A stretch of DNA of 63,281 bases, counting the filler, from Dimorphilus gyrociliatus (Eukaryota > Animalia > Annelida), in NCBI GenBank assembly GCA_904063045.1. It is 7 parts of 7 records of this genome, joined end to end, with 100 filler letters (N's around TTAATTAATTAA, not from the genome) between each part and the next. Parts side by side here need not be neighbours in the genome. Positions count along the whole stretch, not along the records: positions 1 to 16,665 come from CAJFCJ010000183.1; positions 16,766 to 26,288 come from CAJFCJ010000288.1; 5 more parts are not named here. The stretch is one strand, 5' to 3'. The notes under the pieces are model-generated. The model saw nothing but the letters and a program-made list of their open reading frames with translations, was not told the origin of the DNA and ran no database searches. The position numbers were made by a program, and so were the translations under genes. Below, piece after piece: positions 12,634-24,146 of this stretch (positions are counted from its first letter, which is position 1; the number at the start of each line of letters is the position of its first letter).

Positions 12634-14760
12634 TTAAAAAATAAGAACAATCATTATTGGTGCTTTCGGATTAAAATGAAATATTTCAATAATTTTGTTA
12701 GTTTTTTCACATAGAAATATCCAAACGTTTTCATTTACGTCCACTCTTTGATTTTGACATTCATCAAAATTTCTTTTTAGAGTACTATGCTTTGCTGTAA
12801 CATATATATCATTTACTGTTGAAAGTCCATTAATTAAAACAGAATGATGTGATTCGTTTTCTTTAAAATTTGTCAAATTAAACGTTTTTCGAAAGTTATC
12901 TGTACAGTGTTGATTGTTTGCTAAAACGAAATGTTTTTTAAAGTTTATCATCTTTTATCACTCAAGTTAAATCTTTTTATAGAACATACGTGTGTAAGAT
13001 AGTTTTGGAACTGCTCTCAAATCAATTTCTGAAATAAATTGAGTACTTTGTCCTTTGAACGTTACCAATTTAGTGAACAGAAATTCAAATGTACTACAAA
13101 CAGTATGAACAAGTTTAAACTTTCCATTAATTGATGTATGTACCAAGTGTTTTGTTTCATCATTTTGAACTTCCACTAGGATATCATTTGTAAAATAATC
13201 TTCATGGTAAACTAGTAGAAGAGTCGAGAAAACATAATAGTAATTATAAGACAAACAGGGGGGATATTATTTTATAACCTGTCAAGCAAACTGAATTCAG
13301 AGGAGTGAGCATCAATGATAATTGTAGTATGTCATTTTGTTTTATCTCGTATAAACCAATTGGTGGTGTGTCTGGATAATATACTGAATTTTTCAGATAT
13401 TCAATATTTGTACTTGTTAAACCAAGTCCATTTAGAGTGACATTTTGAATATTTTCTTTAAAATCATACACTAAAAATGTAAAAAAAAGATGGCAAGTGT
13501 AAAAAGTAGATTGAACAGAACATGAAAAAAGAAACTCTTACAAGAAGGAAAGAATATATCTGGTGATGAACCATAAATAAAAATTTCACTAATCTCCAAT
13601 GTTTGATTGAATTTATCCACATCATATTTCATTATATTTATATATCTTCCACTAAAAACCGTATCGCAAAGTATTAAGTTACTTTCTAATTGTTGGAAGA
13701 ATTGACTTTTAAAATTTTTAATACAAAATGTCTGATTTAAATGAAAGATGGTTTCCGGTAATGAACTTATTGAAATGTACACATTCTCAAATCTTTTCTC
13801 TGCTAAGGAACCTGGAAAAAAAGTTAAAAAGTTGAAAATGTTTAAAAGTCAATCAATCAATCACTTGGTTTTGTTAATATTATTAGACAATAAATTTTGT
13901 AGTTTTCATTCATATCAATAAGCAAATATGGCTGAGAGAATGATATAGGATTTGTCTTTGATTGAAATACTGAAATATAATTTCCATCAATTGCATTTTC
14001 CTTAGGTCTATCATTTTCATTTCCTCCACTCTTCAGTTGAAAATGTTCAGAATGTAATAGACGTTGATCTGTATGCATCAATATTGTGATATTAGATTAA
14101 TTGCAGTAGCTAATTCTACTACACACCTCTATTTCCAGCGAACGTTCCCTCAATATGAACATCGCAAATTGTTAATGGAATATTTGGATTTGTCAAAGAA
14201 ATTCTAACAACTGAGCCAATCACATTAGCTGCGCAAGAATAACAACTGTACTGTGAAAATTCTGTATTACTTGGTCGCATTACATTGCCACTAACATATT
14301 GACAAATCAGAGGACTGCCTATTAGTGAGTCTTGAACGAAAATTGAAAAGTCAGCGAGTTGAGTACCTATAGGGGAAAGAAAACGAAAGGAATTATAGAT
14401 TATAATCTTTTTGATTTATTGTTACAAACTTATGGAGGAGTTAATATTTAAAATGCAGACTTGTTGAATTGTATACATATTTTCAAGATCGACTGCCCAC
14501 CATGAATTCGAAGTTGAATTATAATCAGTTTTTGAGCATTTCACGGTCTGCAAAAAAAAAAATTCTCATTTGCGGACGTTTTCTGTCGATCGCAAATTCT
14601 ATTACTACATAAAAACTCACAGGGGAAGCTGTTATCACAATATCATCATCATTTGCATATTCCGGTCGAAAGACGTGGCCATTGTAAATTGTTGTAGAAC
14701 TCTGAAAAGCTGGTCTACCTCTTGCCAAATTTGAAATAACAGTTTGAATTTTGATACCTA
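12634..14760 (-). CDS. Multi-exon region encoding at least two F-type lectin (fucolectin/FTP)-like domains
   Basis: Spliced reading ARGRPAFQSST...|TVKCSKTDYNSTSNSWWAVDLENMYTIQQVCILN|..LADFSIFV...VIGSVVRISL....LTICDVHIEG. Second domain: ENAIDGN...QPYLLIDM..Y.I and CDTVFSGRYINI...LEISEIFIYG. Confidence 0.75.
14565..14598. repeat. Solo MITE terminus filling most of a 61-nt intron
   Basis: CTCATTTGCGGACGTTTTCTGTCG matches the family TIR. The predicted minus-strand intron 14608-14548 (GTAGTA...TTGCAG) restores the FTP reading frame. Confidence 0.7.
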
Positions 14761-15766
14761 TTTGTCAAAAAAAATAAAACTATCAAAAATTTGAATATAT
14801 TTTGAATTAAAACTAGCCGAAAAGCAAAGAAATTATAAATATTTCAATACAAATTTTCATAATTTGGGTTAAAACTTCAAGTTTTAGAAAACTGGTAAGA
14901 CAGTATACTGTGTGGCAGATACTTGTTAATAGCTGATTATATACTATAGTTTAATTTTATTAATTGATACTAAAAACATTATTGCTTTTATTTTGTGACA
15001 TAAAAAGGTTACGCAAGAAATAGATTTCAAAGAAACTAATCGTTTCATTATCTGTTTGGATAAAAACTTCTTCTGAATAGTACTTTGAAATAATGTAATA
15101 TTTATTAGTCTTTAAATAAATACAAAAAAACATTTGAGAGACACCACTTAGTGATAAGTTAATTATTTATAGGTAACAAACCATGTCCTTGAATAAATAA
15201 TCTCTGTCCTGTTAGCAGCTGGAACTCTTTTAATGAATTTAAATGTTATTAATAAAAAAAAGGTAATAAATGTGTTTCTCTTTGTGACATATGCATTGGT
15301 TACAAAGGATTGATATATTGGTCAACTCAAAAAACAATCTTTCATGTCTTTGTAATGATATTCTGTATAAGCAGCATAAACCTATTTTATAATCATATCT
15401 GTATCATACTTATCTCATATACACATAAAAAACTGTGATTATTCTACTGACTTTTCAATAAAAGGACTTAGCAATACTTCATCATAAATGAATGCGAACC
15501 AAAAGAGAATCTAGAGCTAGTTATTCGTTAAATTCATGAATAAATCTACTGTATTTCCATTAAGAACCATAATGTTGTAGACAAAATAATTAATCCCGTC
15601 CAATTAATTATTTCTATATTTGTATAAGCAATCCTTTTACAATTTATTATTTAAAAGTTTAAAAAGCTAAACAATAATCTAGCGTTTAAGAACAACAAAA
15701 GTGACGTCATTTTTACAAAATTATGCCAAGTCTTCTATAGGAGATAGTCGGAACTGATATTAAATT

Positions 15767-16665
15767 CTAATACTTTTCCCCTATTTTTGCTGTAGTTTTT
15801 AAACTGTCTATAATGTCCATCAATTCATTTTCTAACTCTTTATTATCTACTTCTTGCTGAGGCGTTTCATCAATTAGATTTTTTAACTTATCCTTTGACT
15901 TGAAATTATCCAATAATACTCCAAAAATTTCAATGTCTAAATGAGAGTCCCAGATGACAGCAATCTTCTCTAAAGTTTCTATTCTATTGTATAAATCTAT
16001 AGGAAACAAAGAAATTAACATTTCAATAGATAGACGCTTTGATTTACATGAATTTTATGGAAGATTTAAAAAGAGACTATTCTCTTTCTAGTCTTAAAGA
16101 TTGAAAATCACCTTATCCCCCACACCCCAAGCACCATTCCCAAGATGATAACTAACCTTTACACTTAGAATCGTCAAACTTCTTAATTGTCTTTTCTTTA
16201 ATCTGGTTGTCATTTGTAAACATTGTCTCAAGAGTTTGAACGATATACTGAAATACTTTATGATCTTCTGGTAATACAGTAGGATCAAGCTTTACAGCAG
16301 TTAAAAACTCATTCAAGGTTGTGATAAAAATGTTTAATATTAGAAATAACATTATAGATGCGTATGACGTTATGTAAATTTTGCCCATGAAACCAGCAGT
16401 TTCTGATAAAACTTGAAATTCCAAGTGTCCGAAAACTGTTACAATTAATGAGTAACACGTATGCTTCAAACTTTTATAACTATCGGTAGACGTTCCTAGA
16501 ATAATGTAACCCCAACAAGCGTAACCAATAAAAACTATACAACAGGAAAATCCTATTGCTGTTAGTTCTCCACTGGAATTTTTTAAAGTAGTTACAAGAA
16601 CAGAGATTGTTCTCGATACTTTTAGCATAGTTAATATATGAAGTTGACCAAAAAAGCCACAAAAA
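15767..16665 (-). CDS. Polycystin (PKD1-like/PKD2-like) cation-channel domain, 3' part, truncated at the contig end
   Basis: TLKNSSGEL..I.F...IVFIGYA..GYIILG...DSYKSL..T..SL....FG.L.F.......G.IY..SY..IM.F.ILNIFIT.LNE is the polycystin TM5-pore-TM6 pattern; second exon at 16021-15767. Confidence 0.85.
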
Positions 16666-16765
16666 NNNNNNNNNNNNNNNNNNNNNNNNNNNNNNNNNNN
16701 NNNNNNNNNTTAATTAATTAANNNNNNNNNNNNNNNNNNNNNNNNNNNNNNNNNNNNNNNNNNNN
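16666..16765. other. Artificial contig spacer (44N-TTAATTAATTAA-44N)
   Basis: N runs flank a six-frame-stop linker. Confidence 0.99.
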
Positions 16766-16869
16766 TTTATTTCAAAACTATTTTAAACTGTAAAAAGAAA
16801 GAGAACAGACAAATTTATTTATTGAATACCCTTTCCTTTGGTTATATACATACCATATATGCAGCTTTT

Positions 16870-17800
16870 TTAAAGTTCAAAGCTAATTTTATAGACATTT
16901 TTTGTGTATTTAATTCCATTCTTTAACAATTAACCTCTTTTAGTTCACTTTTTTTGAGTTTTTTGTTCCTATTCTCATTTTAATAATGGTCCAAAGGTAC
17001 TCTATTGGATTACAGCCGAGAGAGTATACAGGCCACAATTCTAAACTTACGTTACTTTCTATGTAAAAATTCTTTTTCAAACCTACTTGTATGTTTTGGA
17101 TCGTTATCCTGAAAAAATGTATATTCCTTTAGACTTATTTTTTGTACAGAAGCAAATAAAGAACTAGGTTACATGTTACAAGAATATGCAGCATCCATCT
17201 TTGTCTAATAAATTTTAATTTGCCTACCCTATAGTATGAACCTCTTAAACCATTATTGATTCCACTCCAAATTTAAAAGTTTTCTTTATATTCTTAAAAT
17301 CAAGTTTCTTTGTTTTTGAACTTCCATCATTGGTTACATAGATTAAATTTTGGTTCATTAAAATATCATCATTTTTATCCTCTTTTATGGCACCTTTAAC
17401 TATCTTCTTCTTGCATCATATCGACTTTGAGCAAAGTCTATAGGTCTAATCTCTGGTATCTTGAAGTCTTTTCTGATGGAAGTATATGATATTGTCATAT
17501 TACACTTCTTTTTTATTTTATAAAACACTTTTATTGTATATAATAACCTGTCTTCATCATTTTACTCTGAAAAATGAATAATTAAGCATATCAAAAGCTA
17601 TTCTATAATAGTACCATAACATAATTTGTATATTTCTTGACAACATTATAAATTGTAGAAAGACCTATTCCTGCTTTTTGCGAAATTTTTCTAGGGTTAT
17701 CTATTCTTTATATAGTAGAATTATACTTTAACTTGTTTCAACATTACTAATTTTAGCTTTGAGAGGTAAATCTATGGCTTATGATCTTGTTCTCTTATTT
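16870..17800 (-). mobile_element. Decayed Tc1/mariner transposase
   Basis: TFFQDNDPKHTS (17120-17085), WPVYSLGCNPIEYLW (~17035-16990) and HTH-like RKISQKAGIGLSTIYNVVKKY (~17700-17630); many stops and frameshifts. Confidence 0.85.
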
Positions 17801-18053
17801 TTTTACAGTTTAAAAATAATTTTTGATATTAATATAAATAAATATATTTTTATATTTAACGATTAGTGTCTTTTTTTACAGACTGTATATACTAATTAAT
17901 AATGTTTATATATTAATTCAAACAATATTAGTGTTTATTTACTATTTATATATAAAAGTATATTATTAAATACAAACATGCTAAATAATAGTATTTATTT
18001 AATAATAACAATGAAAAACTATAGATAAAAGATAAGTATATATTACATATTTA

Positions 18054-18581
18054 CTACTCTATACTATTAAAATCATCAACTACTTGATAAAATTGATTCT
18101 CTTCTTTACTTAAATCTAAATTTGGTGAATTTTTCAAATTATCTTGAGTTCTAGTTAATCTTGCTATATAAGAAAATATTTCATTATTACATTTTGATAG
18201 AGAATTTAATAAACCATCCAATTTATCATAATTTTTATTATTTTCTATTTTAATTTTATTTTCTTTTTTGTAAATTTCCTTTTCTAGTAAAATATTAATA
18301 TTATCTTCTAATTCTTTCATTTTTTCTTTCATAGAATTTCCTAAATTTTTAGTTAAGTCTCTTCTAAGAAATGCTAGTCTAGCAGCTAAAAAATCTCTTT
18401 CTTCTTGTTTTTCTGCTAAATACATAGAAAGTTGTTCATCATTTGTTTTTTGAATGTCAATGTTTGATTTTATTATCTCTTTTAAAGTCATTATATAGTT
18501 TTGTTCGTGTTTTGTGTTATAAACTTTATCTAAGTATAAAAATAGCATATTTAATTGTTCTTTACTTATTTTTACTTTCAT
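18054..18581 (-). CDS. Hypothetical coiled-coil protein (microsporidian-like)
   Basis: Intact 175-aa intronless ORF; ACCCT immediately before the ATG. Confidence 0.65.
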   Translation of the reverse strand: MKVKISKEQLNMLFLYLDKVYNTKHEQNYIMTLKEIIKSNIDIQKTNDEQLSMYLAEKQEERDFLAARLAFLRRDLTKNLGNSMKEKMKELEDNINILLEKEIYKKENKIKIENNKNYDKLDGLLNSLSKCNNEIFSYIARLTRTQDNLKNSPNLDLSKEENQFYQVVDDFNSIE

Positions 18582-18589
18582 AGGGTTTG

Positions 18590-19175
18590 TATTTATTTTT
18601 TTATTTTTAATTAAAATTGTATATTATAAGTATATTGTATTTTTTTAATAATTTTTTAATATTTTTAATTTTAGAATTTTTATATTTTTAAATTTTTAGA
18701 ATTTTTTAATTTTTTAATATTTTTTTAATTTTATTTTAAATTATATTATTAGTATATATTGATGAGTACTTTTATTTTTTTAATTTTTTAATTTTTTAAT
18801 TTTTTTTTATTTTTAATTAAATTGTATATTATAATATTTTATTTTTTAATAATTTTTAAAATTTTTTTATTTTTTTTATTTTAATTATATTATAAGTATA
18901 TTGTATTTTTTAATATTTTTTTTTTTTTTTTTTTTTTTAATTTATTATAAGTATATTGTTTTTTTTAATATTTTTAAAATTTTTTTATTTTTTTATTTTA
19001 AATTATATTATTAGTATATATTGATGAGTACTTTTATTTTTTAATTTTTAAAATTTTTTAATTTTTTTTTATTTTAAATTATATTATTAGTATATATTGA
19101 TGAGTACTTTTTAATTTTTTAATTTTTTATTTTAAATTATATTATTACTATATATTGATGAGTACTTTTAGAATT
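18590..19175. repeat. AT-rich imperfect tandem array (units containing ATTATTAGTATATATTGATGAGTACTTT and ATTATAAGTATATTGT)
   Basis: First motif at ~18745, 19005, 19082 and 19141; second motif at ~18622, 18888 and 18943. Confidence 0.75.
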
Positions 19176-19187
19176 AATATTTTTAAT

Positions 19188-19439
19188 TCAAAATTCACAT
19201 AAATTCTTAAATTTTTCTATTTTTTCATTTTTTTTATATAAATTCCATATTTCTTCATATTCTTCTTTAATTTCCTTATAAGTTAATTCTGTCCTATTTG
19301 ATATTCTCTTAACATCATTTATTTTTAGATTTAATGAAGATTCTATAGAAGAAATTGGATCTTTTACTTGAAATAGTAATTTTAGTTCCTCAAATTCTAA
19401 AACATTGTTAGTTTCAAATTCAAGTTTTAATTTTTTCAT
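19188..19439 (-). CDS. Small hypothetical protein, divergent from V-ATPase c''
   Basis: 83-aa ORF; its ATG is 10 bp from the opposite-strand ATG. Confidence 0.5.
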   Translation of the reverse strand: MKKLKLEFETNNVLEFEELKLLFQVKDPISSIESSLNLKINDVKRISNRTELTYKEIKEEYEEIWNLYKKNEKIEKFKNLCEF

Positions 19440-19449
19440 TTACCCCACT

Positions 19450-19988
19450 ATGTATGCTTTTTTATTGTTAATTCCTGTAATTAAGTTAGCAGCTTATGAA
19501 AGTATTGTTATTCATAAAATGTTACTCGGTCTTGGTTGTATTTTATCAATTAGTTTGAATGCAGCAGGAACTTTAAAAGGAATTCTAAATATCAGTAAGT
19601 CAACTAGTGGAGTTAGTATTTTATCACCAAAAGTAGGTAATAATTCACTTATTGGTATTTTATTATGTGAAGTAAATACTTTATTAGGTATGGTAATGTC
19701 TTATAGATTGTTATCAAATTATAATAGATTTCCAAACGATTCAAAAGATTTACACTAGCTTTAAATTCAGGTGGTCTTTATTTTTGTTCTGGATTGGTAA
19801 TGGGTGTTTGTGGTTACGCAACATCAGTTTCTGTTGGAATTGTTACCAATGCTTTTATTATTATGCATGGAAAAAGACCTGATTTATTTGCAAAGCTATT
19901 GTTTTATGAACTTATGTGTGCACCTATTGCAGTGTTTGGATTAGTTATGGCTTTTATTTTGGAATCAAACGCAAGTTCTTTGAAATAA
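19450..19988 (+). CDS. VMA16: V-ATPase proteolipid subunit c'' with one frameshift near 19752
   Basis: GLGCILSISLNAAGTLKGI...S..SPK...N.LIGILLCEV..LLG, then after the shift G.LYFCSGLVMGVCG...SVGIV...A......P.LFAKLL.YE....IAVFGL. Essential Glu in the LLCEV helix as in c''; CCCC motif upstream. Confidence 0.85.
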
Positions 19989-20581
19989 TTGATATCATAT
20001 TAGAATTTTTTAATCAATAAAGTATTTTTTAATATACAAATTAAATAGGATTATAATATTTTTAAAGTTAATTTTATGCACAAATTAAAGAGTATTATAA
20101 TATTTCTTAAATATTTTTTTAAAGTTAATTTTATATACAAATGAATTATTTTATAATATTTTTTAAAGTTAATTTTATATACAAATAAATTATTTTCTAT
20201 ACAAATTAAAAGTTATTAAAGACCTATTTTTACCTGAAAACGTTTTGTTATTTTTTCAATAATTAAATTAATTGTATTGATTTATTTCACAACAAAGGTA
20301 AATTTTTATTTCAATTTTTAAATTTTATTAATCAATAAAAACTCTTCATTTCTATTTAATTTAATTCTATTTGTTAAATTTTTATAAACTGTTTTTTTTT
20401 CTGCTACAAATTCTATTTGAAAATTGTCCAATTGTATTTCTATATTCTTATATAGATTTATATAAACATAGTGTTTTAAAAGGTACAGTTACATAACTTA
20501 TATTATAATTGGTATAGTTTTTTAACTCAAAACACGAATGTATCAACAAAAAGTATAAATATTCTGAATATTGAGAATATC

Positions 20582-21609
20582 ATGTTAGGTGAAATGTCAA
20601 TACTTTTCCTGCTAATTAGATCAATATTCTCAAATAAGAACAACTGTATGCAAGTTTGCTCCGGTGGCGGAGGAGGTTCCGGCCATGGATTTGGAGGTGG
20701 CGGCGGCGGTTTTGCCCCACCACAGCCCGTAGCTCCACCAGCTCCAGTTTGTAATTGTTCAATGGGAGGCGGCGGCTTTGGAGGCTTCGGAGGAGGCGGT
20801 GGTTTTGGAGGTTATGCTCCACCACCAATGGTTCCTATGGTTCCACCACCTATGTATGTAACACCACCACCTATGTATGTAACACCACCACCTGCCCCAC
20901 CAGCTCCACCAGTACAGCCACCAAGCCCACCAAGAGTTATTACATCAGTTAAAACACCAGATGAACCAATAACTAAGTGCTCAAGTAGAATGGTAGTAGA
21001 TTGTGAAACAATGACCCCACCAGATCAAACATTTAGTATTACTGTACCAGGAGACCCAACACCACCTCCTGCACCACCAATGCAATTTACACCACCACCA
21101 CCACCAATGCAAGTAGTACAGCCACCACCTCAATATGTATGCCACCACCACCTCAATATGTAATGCCACCACCAACACCAGTAGTTCCAATGGTTCCTAT
21201 GACAGGAGGCGGCGGCGGAGGTTTCGGTGGTTATGGAGGCGGAAGCGGCTTCGGCGGCGGAAGTTCCCCATCATCAGAATGTGCAAGTGTATGTACAGAA
21301 GCAAAGCCACAACCACCACCTAAACAAATAGTAGTACAAAAACAACAGCCTAGACCACAACCACAACCACAAAGACCAGCTGGAGGTGGCGGCGGTCAAA
21401 CCTGCATGTGCTTTAACCAAGGAGGACAGTTCTCTAACTTTGGAGGAAACACCGGAGGAGGTCAAATGGGAGGTGGACAGCAATGTATCACCGAAGAAAG
21501 ATCTGATAGAGATGATTGTTTAATTTCAGGAAATGTACCTTATGAAATGGTTGGAAATCAGCAAGTCCCATCAATGATTCAAAACACCGGAGGTAGTTGC
21601 ACTTGTTAA
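20582..21609 (+). CDS. Secreted Pro/Gly/Cys-rich protein, probable polar tube protein 1 homolog; one missing base at ~21139 splits it into two ORFs
   Basis: Hydrophobic N-terminus; poly-Gly and PPPxY repeats. The repeat CCACCACCTCAATATGTAATG occurs once as ...GTATG (one A lost), so restoring it gives one ~343-aa ORF. Central TKCSSRMVVDC and C-terminal LISGNVPYEMVG...SCTC resemble recalled PTP1 motifs. Confidence 0.6.
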
Positions 21610-21889
21610 ATTAAAATGATTATTTTATAAATATTTATTAAATACAGATTTAATGATATAATATATGTATATAATACAGATTCAGTGACATAGTATTTTA
21701 ATATAACACAGATTCAATAATTGTTTTTATTATATAAAATTAATATATAACAAGATTTGATATAGTGTTTAATATAAAAATTTAATAATTTAATATAGTG
21801 TTTAATATAAGAGTTTAATATAAAAATTTAATAGTTTAGTAGATTTTTAAGTAGAATTTATTTTTTTTCTAATTTTAATATTTTTTTTT

Positions 21890-22777
21890 CTAAACAAAAA
21901 CTTTTCTATTAATTTCCGTTCTCAACTCAATCATTTTATTTTTTAAAATTTCAAATTCACTATAAAATTCATTTTCTAATAAATTTTCTCCAATTTCTAT
22001 TTCTTCATATATAAATAATTTACAATTGTTATATTTTATTAATTCTTTATAATCATTAGTTTCTAAGTTATATTTAATTATTAAATTGTTATAAATTAAG
22101 AATTCTTTATTATTTGATAGAAATATATTAAAATTTAAAAATGGAATGTTTATTTGTTTTATTATTTTATAATTTTGTGGATTTAAAACTAAAACTTCAC
22201 TTTTTGTTTTTATTAGAATAAATGAAGAATTTTTATCTGTTTTAATATCAAGTACCTTTCTGGAAATTTTTATTTCCTTATATATTGTTTTCATTTCTCT
22301 AATATTTAATATAAAAATTGATTCTTTATCATTTAATATAAATAATAAATTATTTACTAAAAATACATTTTCTATAGTAAATGGTGATTGAAATGTTAAA
22401 TCTTTATATAAAATTATACTTTTATAAACAATACATATTTTATTATCAAATATTAACAATTTTATAATTTTATCATCTTTGTTTAATTTTAAAATACTTT
22501 TTGTAATTTTATTATTTACAGTATCTAAACTAAAAACACTACTTGTATGAATAAAATAGAAAAAATCATTATTATATATATAATTTCCTATATTAGAAAT
22601 TATAAGATTATTTTTCTCTATATCATATATACTATTAGAATAAATACCAAATAGTTTATAATTTGAATTAATAAAACACTCTTCATAGGATATATTACAT
22701 TTTAAAGATTTAAATAATACATAATCTCTATATATTGATAATTCTTTATTTTCATTTAAAACTATATTTAATATCAT
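21890..22777 (-). CDS. Hypothetical beta-strand-rich (beta-propeller-like) protein with a short C-terminal coiled coil
   Basis: Intact 295-aa intronless ORF; ACCCT before the ATG. Confidence 0.65.
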   Translation of the reverse strand: MILNIVLNENKELSIYRDYVLFKSLKCNISYEECFINSNYKLFGIYSNSIYDIEKNNLIISNIGNYIYNNDFFYFIHTSSVFSLDTVNNKITKSILKLNKDDKIIKLLIFDNKICIVYKSIILYKDLTFQSPFTIENVFLVNNLLFILNDKESIFILNIREMKTIYKEIKISRKVLDIKTDKNSSFILIKTKSEVLVLNPQNYKIIKQINIPFLNFNIFLSNNKEFLIYNNLIIKYNLETNDYKELIKYNNCKLFIYEEIEIGENLLENEFYSEFEILKNKMIELRTEINRKVFV

Positions 22778-23005
22778 AGGGTAGTTTTTTAATATTAAAA
22801 TTTACACCTACTAAAATAAATATTATTTATTATTGTTATTTTGTATTACATACAACAGTTGACTTATAATGTTTTATATTTTTCTGTATATTTTGTATTT
22901 TTTTATTTCTTAATATTTTACTTGATTGAAATCACTTAAAATAATATTTATATTATTAAGAATAGCTTGTATTTTATATAATTTATATTAATATATTCTT
23001 TTCTT

Positions 23006-24146
23006 GGTTTATGGGTATTATAAGGGATTTTTGGAAAAATAAGGGATTTTTGAAAATATTAAGGATCCCCCTTATAAATATGAGTTATATTAAAAATAAA
23101 AAATTTATCCTACCAACCAGTGAAATTCTCAGTTTTACTGAAATATATAGGTTTAAACTTGCATTACATGATATAGATCAATTAACTGATAAACAGGAAG
23201 TTATTGAGTTTATGTCTAAGTTCAAACTAATCAACAATTTTCAGAAGTGTACTAGATGTAATAGTCATATGCATTTGGTTGAAGATAAGAGTAAAGTTGA
23301 TGGCTTTTTTTTATATGCAGACTTTGTAACGAAAAAAAATCCATAAGATTTGGAAGTTTCTTCTATGGTTCTAAATTATCTTTTATAACTTTATTAAAGA
23401 TGATAAGTAAATTACTGTTCAGCATCAACAAGATGGTCATTGCCCATGACCTTAACATAAATAGAAGAACAGTGTTAAAATGGAAGAAGATTATATTAGA
23501 GGCGATAGCCTATAAGATTAGAAATACAATGCAACCAATAGGAGGTGTGAATCTTGACGGAACACCAAAAATTGTAGAGGTTGATGAAAGCCTTTTTTTT
23601 AAAAGAAAATATAATAGAGGTAGAATGATTCCAAAGTCTTGGTATGTAGGTGGTATTGAACGTAATACTGATAACATTTTTGTAGTCGAAGTACCAAACA
23701 AGAACAAAAGCACATTGAGGTCGGTAATTTTAGATAATATAGCTAATGGTACCACTGTGATAACCGATGAGTGGGCTGCATATCGAGCTGCCTTTAGAGA
23801 CGATCCTAACTATCAACATGAAACTGTCAACCACACATACAATTTTGTTTCTCCTCTAAACAGAGAAATCCATACACAGAATATAGAGTGCTTCTGGAGT
23901 ACTTCTAAAAGAGAATTAAGAAAACATACAAAATGTAAGGATTTACAATTTTTGTATATTTTACAAGCAATTTGGTTTAGGAAGCATGATAAATTTAAAA
24001 GATTTAATAGTCTGATAATTTTATTCTCAAGCAGTGCATATGATAACTCATTTAATGAATTTAGATTTAATTAAAAAATTTACTATTTTTTTTAATTTTT
24101 TAAATTTCTAAATATTTTCAAAAATCCCTTATAATACCCATAAACC
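23006..24146 (+). mobile_element. Complete Merlin (ISXO2/IS1595-family DDE) DNA transposon with TIRs and 8-bp TSD
   Basis: TIRs GGTTTATGGGTATTATAAGGGATTTTTG (from 23006) and CAAAAATCCCTTATAATACCCATAAACC (ending 24146); TSD CTTTTCTT at 22998-23005 and 24147-24154. Confidence 0.93.
23080..24074 (+). CDS. Merlin transposase (Zn ribbon + ISXO2-like DDE); one frameshift in the poly-T at ~23305-23312
   Basis: CTRC...VDG then shifted frame FICRLC..KKSIRFGSFFYGSKL; IVEVDES.F.KRKYNRGR, W.VGGIER, I.NGTTVITDEW.AY, H.TVNH..NFV, HTQNIE.FW. Confidence 0.9.

Noticed and set aside
16666-16765. TTAATTAATTAA palindrome within N runs as a biological motif
   Set aside because: Identical 100-bp construct at all six joins; a six-frame-stop linker added when contigs were concatenated. 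Adjacency across these joins means nothing.
18054-18581. Lys-rich ORF near the PTP1-like gene as PTP2
   Set aside because: No signal peptide or Cys pattern, opposite strand and two genes away.
19700-19775. A small spliceosomal intron explaining the VMA16 frameshift (TTAAATTCAG looks like an acceptor)
   Set aside because: No convincing GTAAGT-like donor at a suitable distance, and removal would delete the expected luminal loop; a single indel is simpler.
23006-24146. IS1595-family transposase as bacterial contamination
   Set aside because: TSD-flanked insertion among microsporidian-type genes, with a CCC start motif; Merlin is the eukaryotic branch of this family.
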